64,000 nt of DNA from Candidatus Limnocylindria bacterium (GCA_035489815.1 DATHJH010000018.1:73931-137930); one strand, 5' to 3'. Positions 10,511-20,839 are shown, counted from the stretch's first letter. Numbers and translations are program-made. The notes: generated by a model not told the origin, from the sequence alone.

Positions 10511-10972
10511 ATGGGTTCAATGAAACTTCAGATTAGTACTACCGGTGCCGGGCAGACCGAAGCCATAGCAGAAAAGATCGGCAGGGCTCTACGCGGCGGT
10601 GAGGTGATAGAACTTGTCAGTGATCTGGGGGGTGGCAAAACCACGTTTACCCGCGGCCTGGCCCGCGGCGCAGGTAGCCCTGACCGGGTGGCCAGCCCGA
10701 CTTTTACCATTAGTAAGGTATACCGGGGCACAAACCTGGAAATTCACCATTTTGATTTTTACCGCCTGGCAGACGCCGGCCTGATGGAGCACGAGCTGCA
10801 TGATGTGATCGGTGATCCGGGAGTGGTAGTGGTTGTAGAGTGGGGCGATGTGGTGGCTCATGTGCTACCGGACGATCGGCTGACTATTCAGATCAGGCAT
10901 ACTGGCGATGATAGCCGCGGGTTTGAGCTGTCCCATCCCGAAGAGTTGACTTACCTTGTGGAGGGCCTATGA
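10511..10972 (+). CDS. tsaE: t6A biosynthesis ATPase TsaE (true start may be 10520)
   Basis: DLGGGKTTF, SPTF, HFDFYRL, VEW. Confidence 0.95.
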   Translation: MGSMKLQISTTGAGQTEAIAEKIGRALRGGEVIELVSDLGGGKTTFTRGLARGAGSPDRVASPTFTISKVYRGTNLEIHHFDFYRLADAGLMEHELHDVIGDPGVVVVVEWGDVVAHVLPDDRLTIQIRHTGDDSRGFELSHPEELTYLVEGL

Positions 10973-11367
10973 TTTTGACTATCAGAACTGACAAACCAGA
11001 GGCAGAAATCGGCCTGTTTGACGGCCGAAAAAAGGTTGCCTACCAAACCTGGCAAGCCCACCGCCAGCTGGCCGAAACCATCCACCAAAAAATGCACAAA
11101 ACCCTCTCTGTTAAGGGTCGAACCCTAGAAGATCTAGAAGATGTGACGGGTGTTGTAGTGTACAAGGGGCCGGGGAGTTTTACGGGGCTGCGTATTGGTA
11201 TGAGCGTGGCCAATGCTTTGGCGTATAGTCTGGATATTCCTATCGTAGCAACTGCGGGCGACGACTGGATTGCTGCGGGCATCACCTCTATCCTGGCGAA
11301 CCCTTCAAAAATTCCCGTCATGCCCAAATATGGCTCATCCGTTCACACGACGCAGCCGCGTAAGTAA
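10969..11367 (+). CDS. tsaB: t6A biosynthesis protein TsaB (short form)
   Basis: GPGSFTGLRIG motif; ATGA-coupled to tsaE. Confidence 0.9.
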   Translation: MILTIRTDKPEAEIGLFDGRKKVAYQTWQAHRQLAETIHQKMHKTLSVKGRTLEDLEDVTGVVVYKGPGSFTGLRIGMSVANALAYSLDIPIVATAGDDWIAAGITSILANPSKIPVMPKYGSSVHTTQPRK

Positions 11368-11390
11368 CCGTAATCGCGAGCCGGGTTCAT

Positions 11391-11420
11391 AGAACCTATC
11401 CAAGATCTTGGATAGGTTCT
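11391..11420. mobile_element. Collapsed MITE: two terminal inverted repeats fused
   Basis: Perfect palindrome AGAACCTATCCAAGATCTTGGATAGGTTCT matching the TIRs at 32022-32089 and 57002-57181. Confidence 0.65.
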
Positions 11421-11422
11421 TA

Positions 11423-11671
11423 CTACTCGCCGTTTTGCACATCCTGGTTGTAAAGTGCCTGGAGCCCCAAAACTTCCTTCTCACTGGTTGTGATGAGAGA
11501 CTTGGTAGGCTTTGATTCACCCAGTAGAGTAAAGCGGGTAATTGCGCCCGCTGGTCGTGACATAACCTGGCGGGCAATGACGTGCACCTCGTTGTCATGC
11601 GCTTCGTCGTCCGGGCCTGTAACACTCAAAAACAACTCAGGTTCCGACCAGGCTGGAGGTTCGCTTTCCAT
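11423..11671 (-). CDS. Hypothetical protein
   Basis: 82-aa ORF filling the intergenic gap; no motif recognised. Confidence 0.4.
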   Translation of the reverse strand: MESEPPAWSEPELFLSVTGPDDEAHDNEVHVIARQVMSRPAGAITRFTLLGESKPTKSLITTSEKEVLGLQALYNQDVQNGE

Positions 11672-11852
11672 CCCTTCAGCTTACTACACATTGACCACAG
11701 CGGCGCGAAAACCTATAATGAGACCAGGATTAACTACGCTTTTTGAGAGCAGAGTCCGATTTATAAATTTTTGTATACCTAGGTTTCGCTTAGACTAATG
11801 AAGTGAAAGTGATCGTCAGGCAGAAATCCTAGACCGATAGGAAGGAACAAGC

Positions 11853-13367
11853 ATGGAAATACTAGCCGTTTTGCTGGCAGTTGCTGGTATTGGCGTGGGG
11901 TTTGGCGCAAGCAACTATACCACCAGGAAAAAGATTGGTTCGGCCGAAGAAGCCGCCGAAAAAGAACTAAAAAGAGCTAAAAAAGAAGCCGAAAAGGCCC
12001 TGTCGGACGCCCGCGAAGAAGCCGCCCAGCTGGGCGACCAGGCCCGCAGGGACGAAACCACCCGCCGCAAGGAACTGAAGGAGATAGAACAGCGCCTCCT
12101 GGACCGCGAAGAGGCTCTGGACAAAAAGCTGGATCAAATAGACAAGCGTACAGAGACGCTCCGAAAAAGCGAGGCAGAAGTAGAAGACCTTAAAAATGAA
12201 ATCCGCGACATCCGCAAAAAACAGCAGGAAAAGCTGGAAAAAGTCGCCAAACTGAGCAAAGAGGATGCCGCCCAAAAGCTGATGCAGATGACAGAGAGGG
12301 ACATTCGGGGCGACCTGACCGGACTCGTCAGCAAATTGCAAAACGAAGCCCGGGAGCTGGGCGAGGAAAAGGCCGGCGCCATCATCGTCGAAGCCATGGA
12401 GCGCATGGCCAGCGAGGTCACGGCAGAACGCACGGTCACAGCGGTCAAGCTGGGTGACGAAGAAATGAAGGGCCGCATCATCGGCAAAGAGGGCCGCAAC
12501 ATCCAGGCCCTGCAACGCGCTACTGGTGTGGACATTATGGTGGATGACACCCCGGGCATGATTATCCTCAGCAGCTTTGACCCGGTTCGCCGGGAGGTTG
12601 CCCGGCAGGCCCTGGAAATGCTTATGAAAGACGGACGTATCCACCCCGGCCGTATAGAAGAGATAGTGGAGAAGGCCCAAAAGAACGTCCAGAAAGACGT
12701 CATGCGCGCCGGCGAAGATGCCGCCCGTGAGGTAGGCGTCATAGGTATCCCGCGTGAGGTTCTGCAGCTGTTGGGCGAGCTCAAGTTCCGAACTAGTTAT
12801 GGTCAGAATGTGCTGAAACACAGCACCGAAATGGCCCACATTGCCGGCATCATCGCCGAAGAAGTCGGCGCCAACGTAAAGATCGTCAAGTACGCTGCCC
12901 TGGTCCACGATCTTGGCAAAGCGCTGACCCACAAAATGGAGGGCAAGCACCACCACATTTCTGGTGAGATGCTGCGCAAATACGGCGCCCCGGAAGAGGT
13001 CGCCCTGGCCGCCGAACAGCACCATGACGATGTTGAAGCCACCACCACAGAGGCCATCATCGTCCGGGTGGTAGACGCCATCAGCGCCTCCCGTCCGGGT
13101 GCCCGCAACATCAGTGCAGAGAACTTTGCCGAACGCATGAAGGACCTGGAGAATGTGGCCAATGGTTTCCCCGGCATAGACAAGTCCTACGCCATCAGCG
13201 CCGGCCGCGAAGTCCGCGTGTTTGTAAAACCTGGCCAGATTGACGACCTGAGCGCCATCAAGCTGGCCCGGGACATAGCCACCAAAATAGAGTCCACCAT
13301 GCAGTACCCCGGAACGATCAAGGTCAACGTCATCCGCGAAACCCGTGCCATAGAATTTGCCAAATAA
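11853..13367 (+). CDS. rny: Ribonuclease Y
   Basis: N-terminal TM, coiled coil, KH (KGRIIGKEGRNI), HD (HDLGK), SASRPGAR. Confidence 0.98.
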   Translation: MEILAVLLAVAGIGVGFGASNYTTRKKIGSAEEAAEKELKRAKKEAEKALSDAREEAAQLGDQARRDETTRRKELKEIEQRLLDREEALDKKLDQIDKRTETLRKSEAEVEDLKNEIRDIRKKQQEKLEKVAKLSKEDAAQKLMQMTERDIRGDLTGLVSKLQNEARELGEEKAGAIIVEAMERMASEVTAERTVTAVKLGDEEMKGRIIGKEGRNIQALQRATGVDIMVDDTPGMIILSSFDPVRREVARQALEMLMKDGRIHPGRIEEIVEKAQKNVQKDVMRAGEDAAREVGVIGIPREVLQLLGELKFRTSYGQNVLKHSTEMAHIAGIIAEEVGANVKIVKYAALVHDLGKALTHKMEGKHHHISGEMLRKYGAPEEVALAAEQHHDDVEATTTEAIIVRVVDAISASRPGARNISAENFAERMKDLENVANGFPGIDKSYAISAGREVRVFVKPGQIDDLSAIKLARDIATKIESTMQYPGTIKVNVIRETRAIEFAK

Positions 13368-13415
13368 TGTAGTATAGTATCTATAGTATGTCGTAGTATT
13401 CCCTCAGGAGAACCG

Positions 13416-13787
13416 ATGACAGACACTCTACTCACACCCACAGAACGCGCAAGCGATGAACAAGACCTCATCCTGGGTCCACCGCTCCCCAAAAGGCACC
13501 AGGTACTGGAAAGAGGAGGCTGGGAATTAGTCGTGAGATATTGCCCGGCAGCAGGAGGCACGAAACTGCCGCACGACAAAGTGCAAGCTGGACTGATCAT
13601 GGGGGCTCTGGATCTGGAGCGAGTATCCTCAGAAAGCGGCCTATGGCGCGAAGCGTGGTATGTCAATCCAAAACAGCCCCAGCTCGCAGAAGCCTGTGCC
13701 GTTGCTGAAAATATATGCATGGTGGTTCAGAGCATGGGGGAACTCGTGACCAATGTAGAGTTTGGCCCTCAGTTCAAAGCTTTATAA
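13416..13787 (+). CDS. Hypothetical protein
   Basis: 123-aa ORF with AGGAG RBS. Confidence 0.5.
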   Translation: MTDTLLTPTERASDEQDLILGPPLPKRHQVLERGGWELVVRYCPAAGGTKLPHDKVQAGLIMGALDLERVSSESGLWREAWYVNPKQPQLAEACAVAENICMVVQSMGELVTNVEFGPQFKAL

Positions 13788-13834
13788 GGCTGATGTTTCT
13801 GACCCGCATGCACATTAAAATTCACCCCCGTTCC

Positions 13835-13919
13835 TGTCATGCCGCACTAGATGCGGCATCCAGTCCATTTAAGAAGTTGATTTTTTCCCACTGGATTCTG
13901 AATCAAGTTCAGAATGACA
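13835..13919. repeat. REP-like GTCAT...ATCCAG / CTGGAT...ATGAC doublet
   Basis: Two small hairpins in inverted arrangement; relatives at 34551, 43905-43995 and 59739-59810. Confidence 0.7.
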
Positions 13920-14002
13920 AAGTGCACGCGGGTCAGCTGATGTTTTGGTGGCGTTTCCGGTAGTGCTAAAATGAGGGCAGATATATAAGAACCGGAATCT
14001 AT

Positions 14003-14269
14003 ATGGCCAAGCAAAACGAACGCGAAATTTTAAAAGACATCCTCCATGGCATACGCGACCTGATCCGTCAGACTCGCACTAACCGCCAGGAACTTCAGAA
14101 ACTGGAGGCCGAGATAGTACAGCTGCACGACGCCGGCCATATGTCTGATTTGTTTTACGACATAGAAATGGAACGGGCCCGCCGGGCGCACAAAAGCGTC
14201 AACTACTGTATGAAAAGCCTGGAACGCCAGAAAAAAGTGGCCCTCTGGCAGCTCAAAGAACTCGAATAA
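14003..14269 (+). CDS. Hypothetical helical protein
   Basis: 88-aa ORF with host-like codon usage; TGCTAAAAT promoter upstream. Confidence 0.6.
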   Translation: MAKQNEREILKDILHGIRDLIRQTRTNRQELQKLEAEIVQLHDAGHMSDLFYDIEMERARRAHKSVNYCMKSLERQKKVALWQLKELE

Positions 14270-14307
14270 TCCTTCATCCTCCAGATTTTTGCACCAAATA
14301 ACACCAT

Positions 14308-14470
14308 TGAACCCATCACAAAACTCTTCCCCACTGCAAACCCTACCTGGTGCACTATATGACTGTTTTGCTTCGCAGAGTAGCTACGGCTACTCTTTGT
14401 CACAAGAACAGCCATATGGCACTACCAGGACAGGCTTTTCGTATTTGGGAGGAGTTTTGCAATGGGTTCA
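14308..14470. mobile_element. MITE-like element with GAACCCAT terminal repeats
   Basis: TGAACCCATCACAAAACTCTTCCC ... GGGAGGAGTTTTGCAATGGGTTCA. Confidence 0.6.
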
Positions 14471-14541
14471 TAGAAGTACGTCTTCTAGGATTTCTGGCAT
14501 CCAGTAGGCCCTAAAGTACCGTCTGCCGTATACTAGACAGT

Positions 14542-15180
14542 ATGAAACTAACCAAATTCGTCCACTCCTGCTTACTGGCAGAAACGGCAGATCAGACTGT
14601 TTTGTTTGACCCCGGGGAATTCAGCTGGGAGTCCGGTTTATTTGATATAGCAAAGTTGGGTAAACTGGACGCCGTGGTCATCACCCACGAACACCCGGAT
14701 CATTTTAATGAAGAGTTTGTAAAAGCGATTGCCAAATCGTTCCCCGAGGCGTGCTTCATTGCGCCGCCGTCAGTCGTGGCTGTGCTTCAGAAAATGGGTA
14801 TACCAAACGCTTTTTGCGAATCAACAGACAGTATCAGAGTCTTTTCCACTAAGCGCCACGCCAGTATGGAGCCGCTGGCGCCCCCTCCGCCGGAGAACAT
14901 TGCTGTACACTTTGCCGGCCAGCTGACTGTTGGCGGGGACCGGCATGATCTGGAGGAGTCTATGGAGATTCTGGCTCTGCCAATCACCGCTCCGTGGGGT
15001 AGCGTCCGGGAGGGCGCGGAAATGGTCATGCGGCTTAAACCAAAATATGTCATTCCCATCCATGATTGGCCCTGGAATACTAGCGCCCGGCAGGATGAGT
15101 ACGACCGTTCCAGCAGCGTCTACAAGCAGCACGGCATCACCTTTATCAAACCGGTAGACGGCCAGGTATTTGAGATCTAA
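14542..15180 (+). CDS. MBL-fold metallohydrolase
   Basis: HSC, DPG, THEHPDH, IPIHD. Confidence 0.9.
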   Translation: MKLTKFVHSCLLAETADQTVLFDPGEFSWESGLFDIAKLGKLDAVVITHEHPDHFNEEFVKAIAKSFPEACFIAPPSVVAVLQKMGIPNAFCESTDSIRVFSTKRHASMEPLAPPPPENIAVHFAGQLTVGGDRHDLEESMEILALPITAPWGSVREGAEMVMRLKPKYVIPIHDWPWNTSARQDEYDRSSSVYKQHGITFIKPVDGQVFEI

Positions 15181-15780
15181 ATGCAGACCGAGATAGAGGC
15201 TAAGTTCCTCAATGTCAATCATGATAAACTTCGTGCCAAATTAAAAGAGCTCGGTGCCGAGTGCGCACAGCCGATGCAGGTTCTGACGCGCGTAAATATG
15301 GATTTCAAAGACAAATCACTCTCGGAAAAAGGCGGCTGGGTGCGTGTCCGTGGCGATGGAAAAAAGGCCACCCTGGCATACAAGGAACTGGGCAGCTGGA
15401 CGTTGCACGGTGTCAAAGAAATAGAGGTCAATGTGTCGGATTTTGCTGACACACAAAAGCTACTAGAGGCAATCGGGCTCGAAGTCTACGCCTACCAGGT
15501 GACAAAGCGCGAAACCTGGGAATACAAAGGCGCAGAAATTGTCCTGGACATCTGGCCGTGGGTAAAACCATTTATAGAAATAGAGGGACCGTCAGAAGAA
15601 AACGTACGTGAAGTCGCCGGCGAACTGGGGTTTGAGTGGGACAAGGATGCGGTGTTTGGCAGTGTAGAACCGGTTTACCTGGCTGATTTTGACATCACTA
15701 ACGAGCAGTTTTATACGCTTGATAAAATGACATTCGATGACAGGCCGCCAGAGTGGCTGGAAAAGAAGAGGCGCGGGTGA
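15181..15780 (+). CDS. CYTH-domain (class IV adenylate cyclase-like) protein
   Basis: EIEAKF, RVR, YK, EIE, KRE.W, FIEIEG. Confidence 0.88.
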   Translation: MQTEIEAKFLNVNHDKLRAKLKELGAECAQPMQVLTRVNMDFKDKSLSEKGGWVRVRGDGKKATLAYKELGSWTLHGVKEIEVNVSDFADTQKLLEAIGLEVYAYQVTKRETWEYKGAEIVLDIWPWVKPFIEIEGPSEENVREVAGELGFEWDKDAVFGSVEPVYLADFDITNEQFYTLDKMTFDDRPPEWLEKKRRG

Positions 15781-15886
15781 ATCCCGTTACAACCCAAAAG
15801 ACACCCAGAATACACAGAACGGTTGAATCTGACTCTGTACTTCAGCCGTCTATGGGACGTACGGTAAGTAAGTGGGTTGTAAGGGG

Positions 15887-16681
15887 ATGAATATTCTCTA
15901 CATTGGCGACATCATGGGCGAGCCGGGGATTGAGACGGTCCGTCAGCTGCTGCCCCGGCTTAAAAAAGATCACAAAATTGACCTGGTGATTGCCCAGGCA
16001 GAGAACGTGACCGAAGGCAAGGGGCTGTCAAAGGCCGACTTCAAGCGCCTCAGGGACATGGGTATAGATTTCTGCACCGGTGGCAACTGGACTGCACATC
16101 GTCCAGAGATAGAAGACTACTTGAGCGATCCGCAGCAGCCGGTTATTCGGCCGGCCAACTACCCGGCCGACACACCCGGCCGGGGCTGGAAATATATTGA
16201 CGTAAAGGGGGGCAAGGTTCTGGTCATCAGCTTGCTGGGCAAGATTGTCGGCAAAGACTCGGACAAGCCGGTAGATAATCCCCTGAAAGTCATTGACGCT
16301 ATTTTAGAAAAAAACAAAGGTGTGGAGCGTCTGGCGACAGTAGTGAATTTTCACGGTGACTACAGCAGTGAAAAACGGGTCATTGGCTATCACCTGGACG
16401 GCCGGGTGACGGCCGTGATAGGTGATCACTGGCATGTGCCAACGGCAGACGCCATGGTGCTGCCAAAAGGCACAGCGCATATAACCGATGTCGGTATGTG
16501 CGGCAGCCTGCATTCCAGCCTAGGCGTAAAACTGGACAGCATCCTGCCCCGCTGGCGCGACGGCCAGATCAACCGCAACGAACTGGAAACCGCTCGCCCT
16601 TACCAGTTCAACGCCGTCCTCATCAAAACCACCCCCGCCGGCCTTGCCCAATCCATCGACCCGATTCAAATAATTGTGTAA
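15887..16681 (+). CDS. ymdB: YmdB-family metallophosphoesterase
   Basis: IGDIMG.PG, RPANYP, FH....SEK, H.HVPTAD, TDVGM.G. Confidence 0.9.
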   Translation: MNILYIGDIMGEPGIETVRQLLPRLKKDHKIDLVIAQAENVTEGKGLSKADFKRLRDMGIDFCTGGNWTAHRPEIEDYLSDPQQPVIRPANYPADTPGRGWKYIDVKGGKVLVISLLGKIVGKDSDKPVDNPLKVIDAILEKNKGVERLATVVNFHGDYSSEKRVIGYHLDGRVTAVIGDHWHVPTADAMVLPKGTAHITDVGMCGSLHSSLGVKLDSILPRWRDGQINRNELETARPYQFNAVLIKTTPAGLAQSIDPIQIIV

Positions 16682-16687
16682 CTGGTT

Positions 16688-17224
16688 CTAATGTCTTTCG
16701 GGCGCGCGATACATCATCTGCCTAAAAGCCTGGTCGGCAGTTTCTTGTGGCAGTGGCGACAAAGGATCGCCTCCATGCAAAGATACGCGGCCAATATGCA
16801 TGCTTGTCAGGTCCTCATCCCTGAAAGCTTCATGGCAGTCATACCAATCAACGTTTAGTTCTGGTCGTCCAGAGCCTCCTGGCAGCACATCTACAGTACC
16901 TTCTTCTGTGTAACCAATGCGGGATGTCACGACCGCAAAACTCGGGTGTGCAAGCGACAAGAGAAAACGTTGTGGATCAGGACTTCTTTCTATAGCCTCA
17001 TCTAATGTTGGTGGCTCGCCGGAAGCGGGATGATAGGCGTCAAAAAGATCAATAACGTTTACGCCTGGGTAATCTGGTTCGGGAGCAGTGTGCACTCGCT
17101 TATAGTGGCCCATTTCTAGTGCGTACCAGCGATGCGCCAGTACTCTTGGGCCGTCGGTTGTACTAACCTTTAGCGAATAAACCTTATCACCAAGTAGGGG
17201 GACCGTATCCACAAATTCTGCCAT
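16688..17224 (-). CDS. Hypothetical protein
   Basis: 178-aa ORF with AAGGAG RBS. Confidence 0.55.
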   Translation of the reverse strand: MAEFVDTVPLLGDKVYSLKVSTTDGPRVLAHRWYALEMGHYKRVHTAPEPDYPGVNVIDLFDAYHPASGEPPTLDEAIERSPDPQRFLLSLAHPSFAVVTSRIGYTEEGTVDVLPGGSGRPELNVDWYDCHEAFRDEDLTSMHIGRVSLHGGDPLSPLPQETADQAFRQMMYRAPERH

Positions 17225-17463
17225 AATTATAACTCCTTATTCAGCCCATTGTATGTTTCTGAGATACAAAAGCAAGTACTGGGCGCAAAACCTCTGTTTT
17301 TTCTGGGGCTGTACTGCTTGTGGGGTGAAAGGGCAAAGCACGCCTAGGCGTCATGCTCCCCGGCTGTCTTTCAGACAGCCGGGTGCGCGCGATAGTTAAC
17401 GACCGAACCTTCGACTTACTCTAACCAATGAAAAAGACTGTCAGAAAAGACAGTCTTTTTCAT

Positions 17464-17540
17464 TGGTCGGGGTGAAAGGACTCGAACCTTCGACCTCCGC
17501 GTCCCAAACGCGGCGCGCTAGCCAACTGCGCCACACCCCG
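17464..17540 (-). tRNA. tRNA-Pro(TGG)
   Basis: Full cloverleaf; anticodon arm CCGCG-TTTGGGA-CGCGG; encoded CCA. Confidence 0.97.
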
Positions 17541-17627
17541 GCGTCGAGGTGTAATGGTCAGGTAGCTGAAGTGCTGGCAAAACAAGTTTGCCCATCACTT
17601 CTAGCTACCTGACCAAGCCCTCTCCTC
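17541..17627 (-). ncRNA. 87-nt tRNA 5'-leader hairpin element, copy 1
   Basis: GAGGAGAGGGCTTGGT...GGGCAAACTTGTTTTGCC...ACCATTACACCTCGACGC abutting tRNA-Pro. Confidence 0.7.
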
Positions 17628-17680
17628 TACAAATTCGAGAATCCTCTCTCGAATTTGGACTGGCTTCATTTTGTTAAGGA

Positions 17681-17773
17681 CGCTGTGCTTACTGGCAAAA
17701 CAAGTTTGCTCGGCACTTCTAATAACACACCAAGCCGCTCCTTATCAAAATTGCGGATCCTCTCGCGTTTTGG
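17681..17773 (-). repeat. Degenerate tandem copy of the tRNA-leader element
   Basis: GGCAAAACAAGTTTGC core, CCAAGCC and CAAAATTGCGGATCCTCTCGCGTTTTG module on the + strand. Confidence 0.65.
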
Positions 17774-18101
17774 GCCTACGTGTCGAGTCTATTTTAACAG
17801 ATTAGGCCCAGGGATCAAAGCTTTGTGGTTTTCTTAAAGAGGATCACCAACGTAGGTCACGGCAAGGTAGTTATTTGTTGCACTGCGAAGGGTGCCACAG
17901 TTGCTAGATCAAGTTAGAGGGTGCGGGTGCTTGCTTGAACCTTCGACTCTATATCAATGCCTGCTATACTGCTAAGGTTTTTAACCCCGCTAGACCAAAG
18001 TTTGGCGGGCCTTGTACGGTTCTTCCTTCTGGGCCCCGCGAACACTTCGCCGAGCAGAAGTTCTGTGCAGGGATTTTTGTTTTACCAAAATCAGGAGGAC
18101 T

Positions 18102-18530
18102 ATGGGCGAAGGAATCGAGGCAGTAGAAATAGCGATGCATAAGCACCTTTTGAGTGGCATTGATGACAGTTTGCGGCAGCTAAATGGCCAGGGCTTAGCC
18201 GAACTGGCGACCCATAATCCCTCGGGTGCCTATGCAGTCCTGCGCGCGGGCGTTATAAAATATGCTGAGAGTACTGAATCTATTGAGGGGTCGTTTGCAG
18301 CCACGCGCACAGATGATGGCGAGCAGGCAACCACCGGCCTGGCCAAGCAGTCTATAGCAGCTCACCTGCCAGAGCCCGACACTCAGGCTGTAGAGGTGGT
18401 ACTATCAACATTTTCCAGACGGGCTCATCGAGGACTTATCAGTATTCGCGAGCCCGGAGCTTGGGGCGATGGTCCTGTCCCTACCCAGCTGATTAGGTTC
18501 CAAGTTGTCCCGCCCAACCTTGGCCCATGA
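18102..18530 (+). CDS. Hypothetical protein
   Basis: AGGAGG RBS before ATG 18102. Confidence 0.55.
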   Translation: MGEGIEAVEIAMHKHLLSGIDDSLRQLNGQGLAELATHNPSGAYAVLRAGVIKYAESTESIEGSFAATRTDDGEQATTGLAKQSIAAHLPEPDTQAVEVVLSTFSRRAHRGLISIREPGAWGDGPVPTQLIRFQVVPPNLGP

Positions 18531-18588
18531 TGACTGCGCCGCCGATGTTTTTCGTTTTTGGTTCGTACTGACAGGGTCCCAACAGGGG

Positions 18589-19323
18589 TTATTTCTTTCG
18601 ACAGACAAAGAACGGGCGCCAGTTGGGGTCTGTTGGTTCCAGGTTTCGTACGTCAACGATGTCTTCTACGGTAAACAGTTCTGAAAGTTCTTTTTGGATG
18701 TCCTCTACCGGGAAAGAGACCTCGTGGATCATGTCCTGGTGCAGGGCGTAGCGGCCGTCTTTTTCCTGCTGGAATATTTTGACATCCCAGTTGAACTTTT
18801 CGTCCTCTTTTTGGACGCCCATAACCATGTAATCGTTGCCGAGTTGTTTACTAAAAGGCGGGTTGTTGGCCAGCCACTCCAGACGCTGGATGGTGTTGAT
18901 GTCAAATATAAAAAGCCCGCCATCGTTGAGATGCTTGTGGACGTTCTGAAACATCTGGCGCCAATCATCCCACTTTTCCAGGTGGTTAACTGAATCAAAC
19001 ACGCAGAGCACCACGTCAAACGTTTTGCCAAAGTCAGTAGCGGCCATATCACCAACCTTGAATTTAACGCCCGGTAACTTCTTCCTGGCAATGTCAATCA
19101 TCTCTGGTGACAGATCCAGGCCGGCAACATCGTAGACGCTGGACAGTTCTTTTGTAATGATCCCCGTGCCGCAGGCCATCTCCAAGAGCGTTTGGGCTTC
19201 TGGTGCATGTTCGCGCAGGAGCTTTTTCAGAAAAGTGACTTTGTCGCTCATGTCACCCATGGCGGCATCATAAAACGGCGCAAACACGCTATAACTAGAG
19301 TTTGTTTTGGACATAGACCCCAT
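18589..19323 (-). CDS. Class I SAM-dependent methyltransferase
   Basis: LEMACGTG, GLDLS..M, GDM, FD.VLC.FDS.NH, L..GG.FIFD. Confidence 0.92.
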   Translation of the reverse strand: MGSMSKTNSSYSVFAPFYDAAMGDMSDKVTFLKKLLREHAPEAQTLLEMACGTGIITKELSSVYDVAGLDLSPEMIDIARKKLPGVKFKVGDMAATDFGKTFDVVLCVFDSVNHLEKWDDWRQMFQNVHKHLNDGGLFIFDINTIQRLEWLANNPPFSKQLGNDYMVMGVQKEDEKFNWDVKIFQQEKDGRYALHQDMIHEVSFPVEDIQKELSELFTVEDIVDVRNLEPTDPNWRPFFVCRKK

Positions 19324-19413
19324 TGTAGCAGCAAAACCTGGCTTTTACGGTTGTGCTAAACACGGTGCAGTATCTATACTCATATACAGATCCAATCAAA
19401 AAGAAAGCGCAAC

Positions 19414-20688
19414 ATGGAACCACAAAACACTCCACCACAGAACCAACCGCCCTTGCAGCCCACCGGGCCGTCTTTTAACCCAATCGCCAGTAGCGAGACC
19501 CCCGGCCTGCCGCCAAAAAATAGACCAGGCCGCAAAAAGCTGGTCTTAGGAATACTGCTCTGTATCATCGTGCTGGGCGGAGCCGCTGGCACGTGGTTTG
19601 CCATGAACCGCGATAAGCCTCAGCCAGCCGCGCAGCCCGCAAACAACCAGACAGTTCAGGAACCGGCCGAGCGCCAGCTTGTTCCGAGCACTCTAGTCTA
19701 TGCTGCGGGTGATGTCTCTAAGGGAGAGGCGGGGTTTCGGATCAACCAGCTTGGTTCTGACATATACGCGGTCACTCACAAGCTGGCCAAAGACGTGACT
19801 CCCTATGGAGCGACTGTCTATAAAAACCAAGTAGCCGTAATAGCGGTGCCGCATGCGGCCAACAAGGAAGGGTTGAGCGTCTTATACAGTAAAGATAGCG
19901 GCAAAACTTACCAAAGCATATTTACCGGGACACCCGCCAAGGGGGCAGCCCTGGGGGATCAAATCACCAGTATAGACTTTTCTGACGATGGCACTAAACT
20001 ACTCATCGCGCTTTTGCCAGAAGCTGGCGGCAAAAATACCGTAAAGGAATTGGACCCAGCCACCAAGGTTACCAAAGACCTGTTCACCGCCTCTGAAAGC
20101 GGGGTGTTCGTAGAAGCCTACAGTCCTGCAAAGAAGGAGATCTACTACTACGCCGGTTGCTATAACTGTGATGGCAACCCGTTTAACAAGCTCCTAAAAA
20201 GAGACCTCGCCACCAACAAAGAGACCACTGCCTACGAAGACCGTGCCCATACGGGCCTGAAGACGGTACTGAGCCATGACCTCTCCAGGGTACTCCTCCT
20301 GAAAGGAAGCGAGCAAACCGGCATAGAGAGCGGCCCGCCGTACGACCTGGTAGAGGTTGACCTAAAGTCTAAGGCTTCTACCGCTCTATTTTCTAACTAC
20401 AAGGCCGGTCTGGACTATCCAGAAGTCGGATACCTTGAAGGATCAGACACGGTGTACTACACCAAGGGCAAGGACTTGTACCAGTATAAGAGTGGCAGTG
20501 CTACCGTACTATTCACCAGCACTCAGGAACTGCAGGACGTCCATTTTGTAAACGAATCCACAGCTGTAGTGACCAGCGGCGATCAGAAGACCAGTATGGT
20601 TTCAAGCGTTGATCTAAAGACCAAAAAGAGCACTCGTATGCTGGACGCCGACGGAAATACCTTCGTCTTCGGCGTCAGCTGGCAGTAG
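19414..20688 (+). CDS. Membrane-anchored extracellular protein, probably beta-propeller
   Basis: Pro-rich N-terminus, single TM, Asp-box-like YSKDSGKTY. Confidence 0.65.
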   Translation: MEPQNTPPQNQPPLQPTGPSFNPIASSETPGLPPKNRPGRKKLVLGILLCIIVLGGAAGTWFAMNRDKPQPAAQPANNQTVQEPAERQLVPSTLVYAAGDVSKGEAGFRINQLGSDIYAVTHKLAKDVTPYGATVYKNQVAVIAVPHAANKEGLSVLYSKDSGKTYQSIFTGTPAKGAALGDQITSIDFSDDGTKLLIALLPEAGGKNTVKELDPATKVTKDLFTASESGVFVEAYSPAKKEIYYYAGCYNCDGNPFNKLLKRDLATNKETTAYEDRAHTGLKTVLSHDLSRVLLLKGSEQTGIESGPPYDLVEVDLKSKASTALFSNYKAGLDYPEVGYLEGSDTVYYTKGKDLYQYKSGSATVLFTSTQELQDVHFVNESTAVVTSGDQKTSMVSSVDLKTKKSTRMLDADGNTFVFGVSWQ

Positions 20689-20733
20689 TGCAGACCTTGC
20701 GATTTTAGTAAGGCAGAGAGATGTCAGTTAGCT

Positions 20734-20839
20734 CTAGCACCTCATCCCCACACCCTGACGGGTCTGCTCACCCAGGAAACAGCACCAGGCGCCCCTGGGC
20801 AACCATCTGGCTGTCAGTTCATGGGAGATGAGGCACTAG
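20734..20839. repeat. CTAG-bounded structured repeat, copy 1
   Basis: Shares TGACGGGTCTGC..CCCAG..AGCACCA..CATCT(G/A)GCTGTCAG with 56746-56914. Confidence 0.6.

Noticed and set aside
17541-17773. Repeated GGCAAAACAAGTTTGC as a CRISPR repeat
   Set aside because: Copies are dispersed, the flanks are self-complementary rather than unique spacers, and there are no cas genes
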